Assembly (NCBI GenBank): GCA_965262115.1
Contig: OZ253496.1
Span: 1,728,001 to 1,792,000 of the forward strand
Direction: 5' to 3'
From: Nitrospinales bacterium
GTDB lineage: Bacteria; Nitrospinota; Nitrospinia; Nitrospinales; VA-1
Length of the DNA stretch: 64,000 bases
Positions 20,153 through 31,447 of the stretch are shown here, piece by piece. Every line of letters begins with the position of its first letter. The stretch's first letter is position 1. The position numbers and the translations under genes were made by a program. A model generated the notes under the pieces. That model made no database searches and was not told the DNA's origin. It saw nothing but the letters and a program-made list of their open reading frames with translations.

Positions 20153-20815
20153 CTAGTTTAGCAGGCTGTCCAGATCGAGAACTGCGTTCATATAAGTGTC
20201 CTGAACTCTTTTGAGGTTTTTTCCCAGCCAGAGGTCGGCAAATTTGGGAGGGAAGCGGGCAAACCCTTTTATTTGATTGATGGCGAGACGGCAGTCCCGA
20301 TACCAGGAAATATTTCTATTAGCCTTGAAAATTTTCATGGCTTTTTTTAACTCTTCGATGGCGGAATCCGGTTTCTGGTCCCCAAAATATGCAAAGGCCA
20401 ATCCCACCATGCCCAGTCCTTCTTCGGGTTTTAATGTGGTTGTTTTCTTGAAGGCTTCGGCGGCCGGGGAATATTGTTTTATGGCTGCAAGGGAATTGGC
20501 AAAATGAAACCAGGAGTCGTAGTGACCGGGATTGGACTTTGTAAGCGATCTGGATGTCTCGACGGCCTTGTCCAATTGCCCCAGACGTGAATAGGTGTTG
20601 GTGAGTTTGAGCTTGGAATAAAGGATGATGTTTGGGGGAGGATTTTCTTCAAGGGTTTTTTGCCAGTATCTGGCGGCATCTTCAAAAAACTCTTCTTTAT
20701 CCAGACTCCGCGCTTTTTCCAGGGAGCCTTTGTAGGGTTCCCCAGCTAAAGCCAGGGAAGGCAACAGGAAGAGACACAGGGCGATTTTTATAAACCGAAG
20801 AGAATGAGACATCAT
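20153..20815 (-). CDS. Secreted TPR-repeat protein
   Basis: Signal peptide (ALA) and TPR-like helical repeats. Confidence 0.75.
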   Translation of the reverse strand: MMSHSLRFIKIALCLFLLPSLALAGEPYKGSLEKARSLDKEEFFEDAARYWQKTLEENPPPNIILYSKLKLTNTYSRLGQLDKAVETSRSLTKSNPGHYDSWFHFANSLAAIKQYSPAAEAFKKTTTLKPEEGLGMVGLAFAYFGDQKPDSAIEELKKAMKIFKANRNISWYRDCRLAINQIKGFARFPPKFADLWLGKNLKRVQDTYMNAVLDLDSLLN

Positions 20816-20824
20816 GGCGGATAT

Positions 20825-23542
20825 TTATGATCTGGGTGTCAACCCTTCCTGCAAAAATAACGGTTCTCCGGTAACCAGAGGCCGTAGGGATTTTTTTAGG
20901 GTTTGAATAAAGTGTTCTTCATGGTTCATGATTTTTTCCACATCTTCGGGGCGCAGGTAAAAAACATTGGAAGCAGAACCCTGATTGGTGTGGAGGATGG
21001 CTTTCTGACATTCCATGTGGGCGTCTGAGAATGTTTTGGTTTCCATCATGAATGTTCCCGGCAGGTTGTGAGTCGATAATTTAACGGATCGCCCAATGGT
21101 TTTCATTTTTAATTTTACTTCCTGGAAATGCGGTTTCTCTGAAACATTAGCCACCGACCGTCCTTTGAATACAGATGCCAGCGGCTCCTGGTCAATAAAA
21201 ATTCGGTGCAGGTCGTCCTGGATACGTTGTTGGATGAAAAAGAAATCACCGTAGTCAATGGGTTTGCCGGTAGAATCGATAATTTTGAAGACATCAAAAA
21301 CCTTATTGCGTAAGGTCTGGATATTGGCTTCGACAATATCCATCTGGTTAAACGCCAGTACTGCGGAAATTTTGTGAAGAAATCCACGGGCATCCTGAGT
21401 GCAGACGATCAATTCAAAAGGTTGTCCCGGTTTAAAAAGCATTTCTGCCAAAAAAGGTTCCTGTGACCCGGTAAATTTATAATAGATTTCCAGTTGTGAC
21501 TGCAGTTCCATGGGCAGGCGGACCATCTTCAGGAACTCCAGTTTAATATGATTGGGGACACTTTTTCTTTTCTTATGGTGAAGGGTGTATTGGTAAAAAA
21601 GTTTTAATTGATCGATCTGCGAAGTGGACATATTCATTTTGGTTCCGCCACGGTCTGAGTGGGTGAGCAGGATCAGCATCTTGAGCCTTTCCTTGTCATG
21701 ATTGACGAGGTCGAGCACCATATCGTAGGTATCGTCGGCTTCTGGATCGAGAAGCATCAGGTCATACATGGTCAAATGTTTCTCTACTAAAAAAGAAACA
21801 TTGTCCACCCTTTTGGGCTTGTCGTTGTAACCCAGGTTTTTTAAAATCTGCGGAATCATTCTTGCGCCGACCAACTCTTCGTTCTGATCGCCAACTTTTG
21901 CGCCTTTGCCAATGTCATGCAGTAAAACGGCCAACTTAAGAGCTGTTTTATCCCTTTGTGAGTGATAAAGTTCTGAAAGGAAGGGGTCGGCCGTATCACG
22001 AAACTCCAGCCCGTTTAAAACATCCAGAGCGGAAAGAATATGGATGTCTGTTGGAAATTTATGTACATAAATATCTTGTAGCATGCCTTTAAGGTTGTTA
22101 AATGCGGGAATGAAATAATCCCCTAATATTCCGAACTCGTGCAACAGGCGGATGGCTTTTGAAAAATATTTCCCCCGGATATAGCGTTTGAAGCAGTTCT
22201 GGATTTCCAGTTTGGATTCTTCATCCATGCAAATGGGATCGGCCTGATCAATATGTTGTTCAATGGCACGGGTCACTTCGTAGGACAAATAATAATTCCT
22301 TTCAGCGACCCAGATGAAAACCTTGAAGAACCATAAAGGCTCCTGGAGGTACAGGCTCTTGGGGTTTTTCTCAAAGTAAATTTGATTCTGCGTATTGAGG
22401 GAGAAGAACTCTGAAAGGCCTTTCTTCTTTTTGGTGTCTACCGCCATGCTCTCCCAGTAAAGGTTCCGGCTGAACCGCTTAAGGGGATAAACAGCATCGA
22501 AAAAATATTTTTGGAAAAAGGTCCTAACATCAAATCCCATAGACTGGGCAATCTTTTCCCGGACTTCATAGCTCATGGTATCCCGGTGGGTCCCTTTCTG
22601 GAAAGCGTGCAGGAATAAACGGACCCGGGATAAAAGGTGAAGCCCGTTTTGCATGCTTTTATAAGCCAGTGGGCTCAACAAGTTCTTGGAAAACAATTCG
22701 TTGAGCAGTTCAAACTGGTTGGTGGTTTTCAGGTTTCGCAGGAAACGTACAGAAACCAATGCCCAGTAGAGGCGGCGCATTTCTTCCTTAATGTTCGGTT
22801 CCTGTTGAAAGACAGTATTCTGGACTTGATAGCATCCTTCATGGCTCAGGCAGTGCTTTTGAATTTCGTCGTGATAAAGCAGGCTGACCGTTTTAATGGA
22901 ACTTTTAAATTCGTTATAAACCAGAGAGTTTCCGGCTACAAAGCGATGTTCCAAAAGTGCTAAAAACTCGGGAACCCTGGAAGGGTCAAGATCCCGCTCA
23001 AACGTTTCGTTTTCGGTGTAGCAGGCATTGCTGGAATAAGGGAAAATATCCTGAAAAACAAACAGGTACTCGAAATGCCGGATGATTTCCTCAGCGGTTT
23101 TTTTGTTGTTCTCGCTAAGAGATGATTGTGAAACGATTTGGATATCCACGTCCGACTGGAAATACATTTCCTCTCTACTATAACCACCCCGGGCCACTAT
23201 GGCTATGGGGACGGACTGTGTGGTCCACTTCCGGTTATTCTGGTGATTGAAATACCAGACTGCCGAATAAAAGCTGGCTTGAACGAGCGTGTCCACCAAC
23301 GCGGTTTGCTTGAGCAATAGCAGGTGGCAGTTGTCGGATTTGGTGCACTCTTTCTGAAGCAGGTCGGTTTCTTTATGGACCAGATCAATAGCTCGGTCTT
23401 TAAAGTCTAAATAAAATTTCTGCGAATCGATTTCACCGTTGTCGGACGATTGTCTTGCTTGATGGAGAGAAACTACTTTTTGTTGAAGTTGGTGCCGGTA
23501 TGTTTCTGCATGCTTGCGGTTTGATTGATATAGATCACTCAT
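20825..23542 (-). CDS. glnD: GlnD-like PII uridylyltransferase/uridylyl-removing enzyme
   Basis: ARGGYSREEM..SDVDI nucleotidyltransferase motif, LLHDIGKG HD domain, ACT domain (DARGFLHKI...DVF). Confidence 0.78.
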   Translation of the reverse strand: MSDLYQSNRKHAETYRHQLQQKVVSLHQARQSSDNGEIDSQKFYLDFKDRAIDLVHKETDLLQKECTKSDNCHLLLLKQTALVDTLVQASFYSAVWYFNHQNNRKWTTQSVPIAIVARGGYSREEMYFQSDVDIQIVSQSSLSENNKKTAEEIIRHFEYLFVFQDIFPYSSNACYTENETFERDLDPSRVPEFLALLEHRFVAGNSLVYNEFKSSIKTVSLLYHDEIQKHCLSHEGCYQVQNTVFQQEPNIKEEMRRLYWALVSVRFLRNLKTTNQFELLNELFSKNLLSPLAYKSMQNGLHLLSRVRLFLHAFQKGTHRDTMSYEVREKIAQSMGFDVRTFFQKYFFDAVYPLKRFSRNLYWESMAVDTKKKKGLSEFFSLNTQNQIYFEKNPKSLYLQEPLWFFKVFIWVAERNYYLSYEVTRAIEQHIDQADPICMDEESKLEIQNCFKRYIRGKYFSKAIRLLHEFGILGDYFIPAFNNLKGMLQDIYVHKFPTDIHILSALDVLNGLEFRDTADPFLSELYHSQRDKTALKLAVLLHDIGKGAKVGDQNEELVGARMIPQILKNLGYNDKPKRVDNVSFLVEKHLTMYDLMLLDPEADDTYDMVLDLVNHDKERLKMLILLTHSDRGGTKMNMSTSQIDQLKLFYQYTLHHKKRKSVPNHIKLEFLKMVRLPMELQSQLEIYYKFTGSQEPFLAEMLFKPGQPFELIVCTQDARGFLHKISAVLAFNQMDIVEANIQTLRNKVFDVFKIIDSTGKPIDYGDFFFIQQRIQDDLHRIFIDQEPLASVFKGRSVANVSEKPHFQEVKLKMKTIGRSVKLSTHNLPGTFMMETKTFSDAHMECQKAILHTNQGSASNVFYLRPEDVEKIMNHEEHFIQTLKKSLRPLVTGEPLFLQEGLTPRS

Positions 23543-23691
23543 TATGGAGCACCAAACTAAAAAGTCATTGAGCCTGATCAAGAGATCATGAACAGGTTAT
23601 TCATAGCCATAAAAGCCGTTTCAGGATAAACCTAAAATCCTGGGAATTCAAGAGTTTACTGGCCAGAGGCTCCTCGGCGGAGGGCCAATGA

Positions 23692-23853
23692 GCAATAACT
23701 TTATCTGGCGAGCAAAGAGTTGTCTCGGCTTGAGAAGCCCTTGCCATTTGCCACCGGCCGCTGGCCGCCGGGCCCCGCCCGGTTGGAACAAGGCAATGTC
23801 TTTATCAAGTGCTCTAACTGTGTGACGGCCCAACGGACTTTTGTCTAATTGCC
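23692..23853. repeat. Two tandem degenerate family-2 repeats
   Basis: GCAAT...CGGC...TTGCC units at 23692-752 and 23793-853. Confidence 0.55.
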
Positions 23854-23860
23854 TCTCTCG

Positions 23861-24877
23861 CTAGAGAGTGCGACCCATTAATTCGGCGAAGGGCCGCAGG
23901 TTTTCCATGAGCCTGGCAAATTTTGCAGGTTTCAGGGACTGGGGTCCGTCTGAGAAGGCTTTGACAGGATCGGGGTGAACCTCAATGATCAGGCCATCGG
24001 CACCGGCAGCAATGGACGCGCGCGACATGGATTCAACCATATCCCAATGTCCGGTTGCATGGCTGGGGTCAATAATGATGGGAAGGTGGGTTTCCTTTTT
24101 CAGGACCGGTATACAACTTATATCAAGAGTGTTTCGGGTTGCGGTTTCGAAAGTGCGGATGCCTCGCTCACAAAGAATCACCTGGTGGTTGCCTTCGGAA
24201 AGAATATATTCGGCGGACATCAAGAACTCTTTAATGGTGTTCATCATGCCTCGTTTCAAAAGAATGGGTTTGTCGATCTTTCCCAGTTCCTTCAGCAATG
24301 AAAAATTCTGCATGTTCCGGGCTCCGACTTGAACAACGTCGGCATATTTTGCGACCAGATCAATCTCGCGCGGATTCATCACTTCGGTGACAATGGGCAA
24401 GCCGGAAGCCTCTTTGGCAGAGGCCAGCAGTTTGAGTCCCTCCTCTTCCAATCCCTGAAAACTGTAGGGAGAAGTTCGGGGTTTGTATGCGCCTCCTCGA
24501 AGAAAATTAGCCCCGGCATCTTTAACCAGATTCGCGGTGGTGCATATCTGTTCTTCGCTTTCCACCGAACAGGGTCCCGCGATAATGGCGATTGTGGGCC
24601 CGCCGATACCAACCTCCCCAACCCGAATTACAGATGGAGTGGATTTCACTTCCCGGCTGGCAAGCTTGTAGGGTTTGAGAATGGGGAATACGCTTTCGAC
24701 TCCACCCATGGTTTCTATAGACTGCAGGCGGTCTTTGCCGCGCTCATCACCCACGGCCCCTATCACTTTATGTTCCACACCGACAATTTCATGCGGGGTG
24801 TAACCGAGTTCCCGGATGGTGTCTTCTACCTTTTCTACCTGCTCCGGGGTTGCATCCGGAGCCATGACGATGATCAT
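23861..24877 (-). CDS. aroF: DAHP synthase (class I-beta, ferredoxin-like N-terminal domain)
   Basis: [24 protein letters not shown] and CERGIRTFE. Confidence 0.93.
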   Translation of the reverse strand: MIIVMAPDATPEQVEKVEDTIRELGYTPHEIVGVEHKVIGAVGDERGKDRLQSIETMGGVESVFPILKPYKLASREVKSTPSVIRVGEVGIGGPTIAIIAGPCSVESEEQICTTANLVKDAGANFLRGGAYKPRTSPYSFQGLEEEGLKLLASAKEASGLPIVTEVMNPREIDLVAKYADVVQVGARNMQNFSLLKELGKIDKPILLKRGMMNTIKEFLMSAEYILSEGNHQVILCERGIRTFETATRNTLDISCIPVLKKETHLPIIIDPSHATGHWDMVESMSRASIAAGADGLIIEVHPDPVKAFSDGPQSLKPAKFARLMENLRPFAELMGRTL

Positions 24878-24937
24878 TGCACACCTTTCTTAAGATGTTA
24901 TGAAAAACCAGTATATCAAAAAAATTCATGAACTGCT

Positions 24938-25558
24938 CTATCCCATCAAACCGGGGCCATCCAGCGTGTTTATTTTGGCCACTTCCTCGATGGGCCGGCG
25001 ATAATCCCTGGGCCGGGGCTCCTCTTTCTTAAATCCCACGGCCATTAACATGACTGGGATATAATTAGGCTTGAGGTTTACCAGTTTAGAAACCGCTTCA
25101 GGATCAAAGCCGATCATCGGCGCGGTGGCCCAGCCCCGGTTGTGAGCCGCCAGCATTAACACCATGGCGGCCAGCGAGGCACTGCGGAGGGCTTCATCCC
25201 TTTGCAACTGGTCCTTGCCGTCGTAGAAATTTTTTATCATAGGAAGAACCTTGTCCTGTATTCCCTGGGCGACACCCTGGTAAATTTCGGGAGCGTCCTC
25301 ATGGGCATTCAATTTGCCGCAAATGACCAGCAGTACCGAGCAGGTTTCCACCTGCTCCTGGCCCCAGGCGGCGCCCTTGATTTTTTCTTTAAGGGTAGTG
25401 TCCCTAGCGGCGATAAAGGTCCAGTGTTGCAGGTTGAAGGAACTCGGACTCAACACCACTTCCTGCATTAACTCTTTTAACTCCGCATCGCTGATTTCTC
25501 TGCCGGGCTGGTAGGACTTAATAGACCGGCGTTGTTGAACAGTTTCTGAAAATTCCAT
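24938..25558 (-). CDS. Nitroreductase family protein
   Basis: RRSIKSY, SPSSFNLQHW and PMIGFD. Confidence 0.9.
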   Translation of the reverse strand: MEFSETVQQRRSIKSYQPGREISDAELKELMQEVVLSPSSFNLQHWTFIAARDTTLKEKIKGAAWGQEQVETCSVLLVICGKLNAHEDAPEIYQGVAQGIQDKVLPMIKNFYDGKDQLQRDEALRSASLAAMVLMLAAHNRGWATAPMIGFDPEAVSKLVNLKPNYIPVMLMAVGFKKEEPRPRDYRRPIEEVAKINTLDGPGLMG

Positions 25559-25588
25559 GATGAATCCTTAAAGAAATTATTTTTTAAT

Positions 25589-26056
25589 TTATAGCTCTCC
25601 CGCCTGGTAAAAGGAAAAGCGTTTTACAATAAAGCCATCAGCAGAGAACAGGCCTCCGCCACTGATCAGAAGTGGAAGACATAAGGCAATGGCCAGAAGG
25701 TGATATTCAAAACCTTCTCCACCCTGCTTGCCAGACCAGTTCATAAAAAAGCCATTGGTTGCATGCGACATGACGATGGCACCCGTCATGATGATGAGAA
25801 TCCCTGCCGCGCAAAAACGGGTCAGGAACCCGGTGATCAACCCCAATGCCCCTAGAGATTCACCCAGTATCACCAACATGGCAACGACCATTGGAATTCC
25901 CAATTGGTTGGTAAAAAATCCCAGAGTACCTTCAAGCCCATATCCCCCGAACCACCCCAGAAGTTTCTGGGCACCGTGGGGGAACATGACGACTCCCAGC
26001 ATCACGCGAATGATAAGATTGTTTATACTTCCATCTGTTTGAAAAAAAGCTTTCAT
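25589..26056 (-). CDS. DoxX family membrane protein
   Basis: MFPHGAQKLLGWFGG and GFFMNW..GEGFEYHLL. Confidence 0.9.
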   Translation of the reverse strand: MKAFFQTDGSINNLIIRVMLGVVMFPHGAQKLLGWFGGYGLEGTLGFFTNQLGIPMVVAMLVILGESLGALGLITGFLTRFCAAGILIIMTGAIVMSHATNGFFMNWSGKQGGEGFEYHLLAIALCLPLLISGGGLFSADGFIVKRFSFYQAGEL

Positions 26057-26069
26057 TGGATATTCCTTT

Positions 26070-26864
26070 CTATCGATTTCGATACAGGGGATAGTCCACC
26101 TGCGCTGGAACTTCAATCGTTGCTACGCGCAAAGGAGAACCGGAGTCAGCATGCATTGAAAACTCTCCGCGCTCTTGCGCATGAATCAAAACGAAGTCCT
26201 GCCTGTTGACATGGTGCTTCGTCCCGGTCTGCATGTCAAACAATAACCCTTTGCCGGAAATAACCACCAGTGCCAGGGTTTTCCCTTGGCCGAGCAGGTA
26301 TTGAAATTGCCGGTCTTTTTCGATGGAGACATCTTTCATGATCACATCCGCAACCAGAGTGACCGGTGAGCCCTTTCCAATGACAGTTTTGAAGGTAACG
26401 CCGTCCTTCGATTCGCTGGGGAAGTCCTCATTCGTATACTCATTATAGGTGGGTTCATTATGGATTGTTTTCTTGATATTGGGATCAAACCAGATTTGAA
26501 AAAAATCGGTATGGTCGCCCACCGTCTCTTCTTCATGGGAAACTCCTGAACCCGTTTGCATCACCTGTGCGCCGCCCGACTGGACACGACTGCGGTTTCC
26601 TAAAGTGTCGTAATGTCCAATTTCTCCTTCCAAGGCGTAACTCATGATCTCAAATGCCTGGTGAGGGTGCAGGGCGATTTTGCCATACCCTTTTGCCGTG
26701 GCCCAGGCCCAGTAAAACAGTGGGCCGAGGTTTTTTATCTCTGGGCCTTCACGGGGAAACCCGATGGGCTTGATTTCGGTGATACGGCCGCCGTCAAACT
26801 GGCCCACCCCCTGTGATTCCGGAGGATAAATTTTAATATCCAATTCGGTTTTATTTTTAATCAT
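26070..26864 (-). CDS. Pirin family protein
   Basis: HPHQAFEIMSY, H.DTLGN, MQTGSGVSHEE and FQIW. Confidence 0.88.
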   Translation of the reverse strand: MIKNKTELDIKIYPPESQGVGQFDGGRITEIKPIGFPREGPEIKNLGPLFYWAWATAKGYGKIALHPHQAFEIMSYALEGEIGHYDTLGNRSRVQSGGAQVMQTGSGVSHEEETVGDHTDFFQIWFDPNIKKTIHNEPTYNEYTNEDFPSESKDGVTFKTVIGKGSPVTLVADVIMKDVSIEKDRQFQYLLGQGKTLALVVISGKGLLFDMQTGTKHHVNRQDFVLIHAQERGEFSMHADSGSPLRVATIEVPAQVDYPLYRNR

Positions 26865-26943
26865 GATTTTTTACCTTGAAAGAATTCAGGTTTAATCTAG
26901 AAAATGAACTCCCAGCTTCTTTGAAAGAAATCTCAACGCAACC

Positions 26944-27816
26944 TTAATTACCGATTACCTTCCAATCCTGTCGCCTGGCCCATTTCTCGTAATTCTCCCA
27001 TTCAACCTCTGGAAAATCCCGGTGTAATCCTGATATGTCCACCGAATATCCGACACGGTCAAACCACACGAACATCTCGGCGAAATCGGGATTGTCCGCG
27101 CGCATGAATTCTGGATCGAAACTTTCATAACCGATGCCACGGCCGCTGGCTTGTGAAACGATCTTCATGGCTTCGGCACCGGTTAATTCGTCCCCGGCGA
27201 TATCAAAACGTTTGCCAAACACGCTTTCCCGCCGTTCGATGAGGGCGGCTCCGAAGGCCCCGATGTTGTCTGTCGAAATCTGTTGCAGAACGCGGTCTGT
27301 CGGCATCCCGAATTTCAACGTCCCTTCTTTCACCGAAGGCAGAAACCAGGGCGTAAACAGGTTATCCATGAAGTAAGCCGGCGCACTGATCGAGTATGGC
27401 ATACCAAGTTTCACAAGGTATTCCTCGACCTTGTACTTGCTATCAAAATGAGGGATGTTTGTGCCTTTATCGGCGCTCGCCACCGAGCTGAAAACAAAAT
27501 GTCCCACTCCGGCTTGCTTGGCCGCATCGGCCAGAGTGATTCCCTGTTGGGTCTCCGCCTCGACCCCTGCCTCGAACGGCGTGGTCATGGCAAACACGGT
27601 GTCCATACCCTGCATGGCTTGGGCCAGGGTACCAGGATCGGTGAAATCACCTTTCACCACTTCTACTCCCTTTTCTTTAAGTTGCTTTGCTTTGGCGGAA
27701 TCGACGTTGCGTGTGAATGTGCGAATACGATGCCCCTTGGGCAAAAGGTGCCGGACGACGGCACCACCCTGGTTTCCCGTCGCTCCCATGATGAGTACGG
27801 ATAGTTTACTGGACAT
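26944..27816 (-). CDS. NmrA/HSCARG family NAD(P)-binding protein
   Basis: GATGNQGGAV, HFVFSSV and PHFDSK. Confidence 0.9.
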   Translation of the reverse strand: MSSKLSVLIMGATGNQGGAVVRHLLPKGHRIRTFTRNVDSAKAKQLKEKGVEVVKGDFTDPGTLAQAMQGMDTVFAMTTPFEAGVEAETQQGITLADAAKQAGVGHFVFSSVASADKGTNIPHFDSKYKVEEYLVKLGMPYSISAPAYFMDNLFTPWFLPSVKEGTLKFGMPTDRVLQQISTDNIGAFGAALIERRESVFGKRFDIAGDELTGAEAMKIVSQASGRGIGYESFDPEFMRADNPDFAEMFVWFDRVGYSVDISGLHRDFPEVEWENYEKWARRQDWKVIGN

Positions 27817-27957
27817 GATAAAAACCTTTCTGTTGATTGTTTGATTTTAGTTTGAAAAATGAATTGAATAGTTGAGTTTGTCATTTAGAAAGTTCCTTGT
27901 ATGTGTTTGTTAGATTGACTCCTGAATGGACCTCTAAATTTGTTAATACCCAATAGA

Positions 27958-27974
27958 TAGCAGGGATCGTGCCA
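27958..27974 (-). promoter_or_regulatory. Sigma54 -24/-12 promoter for the nmrA-pirin-doxX-nitroreductase operon
   Basis: Minus strand TGGCACGATCCCTGCTA (GG-N10-GC); divergent sigma54 activator gene. Confidence 0.8.
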
Positions 27975-28121
27975 TTTCTGAATTTCAGAAAACCTTTTAT
28001 TTTTAAAGGGTTTATGTGTTATCTAAAAACTACTTGATTTCGTTTTATATGAATTATGGTAGTATAAAGACGATATTAAGTAGTATTGGGTGAGGTTCGC
28101 AATCAAAGGAGCAGGGGCGTT

Positions 28122-29576
28122 ATGCAAAAAAAAATGGATATCGAAACGGACCAGGAATTGGCGCAATTTACCATCGAACGGTCTGCGGATTCGATCATCT
28201 GGCACGATTGTGCGGCAAATATCAAACGGGTCAATGGGGCAGCCTGTAAACTTCTAGGATATTCCAGGGACGAGTTACTGGAACGGACCATTCAGGATAT
28301 CAACCCGGATTCCAATAAAAAATCATGGGCAAAGTTCTGGAAGCAATTGCGAAAAGAAAAAGTTCTGCAATTTGAGGATTCCCATACGAAAAAAGATGGC
28401 ACGGCTATTCTCACAGAGGTCACTGCCAACTTTATTGAATTCAAGGGTCAGGAATTTGCTGTAGGCATTTCGAGGGATATCTCAGAAAGAAAGCGAAACG
28501 AAGAGGAAAGAGCCTGTGCTCTTCGTGAAATCGAAAAACTGAAGAGAGAGTTGGAACTGCAAAATGAATATTTGCAGGAAGAAGTGGTTGAGCTTCAGGC
28601 TTTCGGAGATATTGTAGGAAAGAGTCCTGCTTTGCAGGCGATTCTGAGTCAAATTGAAATGGTCGCTCCAACGGATGCAAGCTCCCTCATTGCAGGGGAG
28701 TCTGGAACCGGAAAAGAGTTGATTGCGCATGAGATTCATAGCCGGAGTTCTCGAAACAAGTATGCAATGGTTCGGGTCAATTGCGCGTCCATTCCCCGGG
28801 AGCTTTATGAAAGCGAGTTCTTTGGTCATATACGAGGAGCTTTTACCGGCGCGGTTCGGGACAGGATAGGTCGGTTTGAACTGGCTAATCAGGGGACCTT
28901 GTTCCTCGATGAAATTGGTGAAATTCCACTGGACTTGCAAAGCAAACTGCTCAGGGTCCTGCAGGAAGGCACTTTTGAGAGGGTGGGGGATGAAAAAACC
29001 CGTAACGTGGATGTGCGAATTATTGCTGCCAGTAATTGCGATTTAAAGGTTGAGGTGGAACGGGGAAATTTTCGGGAAGATCTTTTTTACCGTTTAAATG
29101 TTTTTCCCATCGAGGTGCCACCGCTCAGGAAAAGAAAAGACGACATCCCCTTGTTGGCCGCACATTTTTTAGAGCTTGCTGCAAAAAAGTTCAAAAAAAG
29201 CGAACCCCAGTTGACTCAAGCCAATGTGCTCCAGTTGATAAACTATGACTGGCCGGGAAACGTGAGAGAGTTGCAAAATGTGATCGAGCGTTCCGTGATT
29301 ATTTCTCAAAAAGGTAAATTAAAATTTGATTTGCCAAGAAGCGTAGCCGATAAAAAAATGACTGTTGATACGGATTGGGATAAAAAGGAAGATCAAGAGA
29401 TTTTAACTTTTGCGGAAATCAAAATGCTGGATCAGGAAAATATTTTAAAAGCACTTGCAGAAACCGGATGGAAAATATTCGGCAAGGACGGTGCCGCGCA
29501 ATTATTGGGTGCCCCCCCCACAACCCTGCTGTCCAGAATGAAGAAGTTACAGTTGAGAAAGCCTCATTATCCCTGA
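28122..29576 (+). CDS. PAS-domain sigma54-dependent transcriptional activator
   Basis: PAS domain, [32 protein letters not shown] and C-terminal HTH. Confidence 0.93.
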   Translation: MQKKMDIETDQELAQFTIERSADSIIWHDCAANIKRVNGAACKLLGYSRDELLERTIQDINPDSNKKSWAKFWKQLRKEKVLQFEDSHTKKDGTAILTEVTANFIEFKGQEFAVGISRDISERKRNEEERACALREIEKLKRELELQNEYLQEEVVELQAFGDIVGKSPALQAILSQIEMVAPTDASSLIAGESGTGKELIAHEIHSRSSRNKYAMVRVNCASIPRELYESEFFGHIRGAFTGAVRDRIGRFELANQGTLFLDEIGEIPLDLQSKLLRVLQEGTFERVGDEKTRNVDVRIIAASNCDLKVEVERGNFREDLFYRLNVFPIEVPPLRKRKDDIPLLAAHFLELAAKKFKKSEPQLTQANVLQLINYDWPGNVRELQNVIERSVIISQKGKLKFDLPRSVADKKMTVDTDWDKKEDQEILTFAEIKMLDQENILKALAETGWKIFGKDGAAQLLGAPPTTLLSRMKKLQLRKPHYP

Positions 29577-29932
29577 TTTTTCTGCAAAAGCTTGTTCAAG
29601 ACAGGAGCCCCGAGAATTTCCGGATTACCTTTGGCCAGCTTTTTGGCCTTGCGAAAATTTTTGATGGCTTTTTCTTTGTTTCCTTCCTGAAGATAAGCCA
29701 GGCCAAGGTTGAAATGGATTTCACCCGAGGTCGGGTCGGCAAAGTTGGCCTGATTGAATTGCAGTAAAGCCTCTAAATATCTTCCGGCCTTATAATGTTC
29801 GATGCCAAGATCGTTGCGTGATTTTGCCGAAGGTTCCGCTCCCGGCAGTAAAGTCAGGGGAGATTCTTCCAGGTTTTGGGTGCAACCGGGGAATCCCACA
29901 ATTATTGTTAATAAAAAAATCCGGGTTTTCAT
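29567..29932 (-). CDS. TPR lipoprotein
   Basis: FPGC lipobox-like motif; NDLG / HFNLGLAY TPR motifs. Confidence 0.75.
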   Translation of the reverse strand: MKTRIFLLTIIVGFPGCTQNLEESPLTLLPGAEPSAKSRNDLGIEHYKAGRYLEALLQFNQANFADPTSGEIHFNLGLAYLQEGNKEKAIKNFRKAKKLAKGNPEILGAPVLNKLLQKNQG

Positions 29933-30124
29933 GGGTATTTGTCAGCAGGATTAATTAAATCAGTATTCCAGGTGACAGAAAGGTTACCACTGCGGGTTAA
30001 AATATTAAATCATTTAAATGGTCTAAATCTATAATCCGGCATGGTAGGTCTGTATAATGATCTTTCAGCATTCCAGGATTTGGAATAATTACGGACGATT
30101 GATTTTAAATTAACGAAGAGGCTC

Positions 30125-31447
30125 ATGTCTAACTCTATCCGAGTAATAACTCTGGTTATCCTGATGACTGTGGGGGGCGTAAACCTTGTCTTGGCCCAGG
30201 AAAATCCCGGTTCCATGGCAGATGGGGAAAAGGCATTTTTTCTGGGGGAGTACGATAAAGCCGAAAATATTTTCAGCGTCCTTCTGGAAAAAGAACCGAA
30301 TAATTTTATTTTGCTGAGAGCCCAGGCCAACACCAAGATAAAGCTGAAAAAATTTGCCGAAGCGGAAAAACTGCTGGATAAAATTCTCGCCATGCCAGTA
30401 TCTACTGGGCGGGACGTTCTGGTACATACCGGAGAGGGCGCTCTTGAGGCCGAACTGGTGGATGAAACTGTGATGGCCGTGGATGAGTCCGGAGAAAGTG
30501 ACGATGCGTTCAGCCAGTTTCTGAAAAAAGATCATGAGGGACCCGTCCCGCATTACCGGGTGTTTCTCAAAAAAACCGGGAAAATGAAACTCTTTCGAAA
30601 AAGTCGAACCCGAATCCAGTATTCCGGAATTCCTGCAGCCACCCGTGAAAAGATTGAGGTTCTGAAGACCTATGTGATGAAAGAGTCTATTTCGGCCAGC
30701 CATGCGAAACCGGAGTTGGAACTGGTTGATATCCCCGGCGGATGTTTTCAAATGGGGAGCCGGGTGGGTGACCCGGATGAACAACCTGTCCATAAGGTTT
30801 GTATCTCTGCTTTTAAGGTGGCGAAATATGAAGTGAGGCAAAAATTTTTCCAAACTGTTATGGGCTATAACCCTTCCCAGTACGTGGGCGGAGATCTTCC
30901 GGTCGACACGGTGTCTTGGGAAGGGTCCAGAGACTATTGCAAAAAACTGGGCCTGCGACTGCCGACAGAAGCGGAATGGGAGTATGCGGCCCGAGCAGGA
31001 ACGCAGGGAGAATTTTATTGGGGGGAAACTATTACCGGTAAGGAAGCGAACTTCTGTGATAGCAACTGCGATCTCAATAACCGGATTCCCGATTTGACGG
31101 ATGGTTTTAAAAATTCTGCTCCGGTGGGGTCTTTTCCTCCCAACGCTTTTGGTCTTTTTGATATGTCAGGAAATGTCAGCGAGTGGGTGCAGGACTGGAT
31201 GCCTGTCGATGTGAACTATTATAAGATGAGTCCGGAGCAAGACCCGCCTGGATCACGACCAGAACTAAACGCTTGTAGCGGGGCGAATTGCGTCGGGTCA
31301 ATTTCCATCACCTATAAGATTTATAGAGGTGGGGCCTGGAACCAGGGTATTGCAGCCATGCGATCGGCCAACCGCAAGGCTACGCACTTCCAGCTTAAGG
31401 CAGATGGAAATGGATTCAGGTGTGCCGGGGATATAATAAAGCCCTGA
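30125..31447 (+). CDS. TPR plus formylglycine-generating enzyme (FGE-sulfatase/SUMF1) domain protein
   Basis: RLPTEAEWEYAAR, PNAFGLFDMSGNVSEW, RGGAW and GFRC. Confidence 0.88.
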   Translation: MSNSIRVITLVILMTVGGVNLVLAQENPGSMADGEKAFFLGEYDKAENIFSVLLEKEPNNFILLRAQANTKIKLKKFAEAEKLLDKILAMPVSTGRDVLVHTGEGALEAELVDETVMAVDESGESDDAFSQFLKKDHEGPVPHYRVFLKKTGKMKLFRKSRTRIQYSGIPAATREKIEVLKTYVMKESISASHAKPELELVDIPGGCFQMGSRVGDPDEQPVHKVCISAFKVAKYEVRQKFFQTVMGYNPSQYVGGDLPVDTVSWEGSRDYCKKLGLRLPTEAEWEYAARAGTQGEFYWGETITGKEANFCDSNCDLNNRIPDLTDGFKNSAPVGSFPPNAFGLFDMSGNVSEWVQDWMPVDVNYYKMSPEQDPPGSRPELNACSGANCVGSISITYKIYRGGAWNQGIAAMRSANRKATHFQLKADGNGFRCAGDIIKP

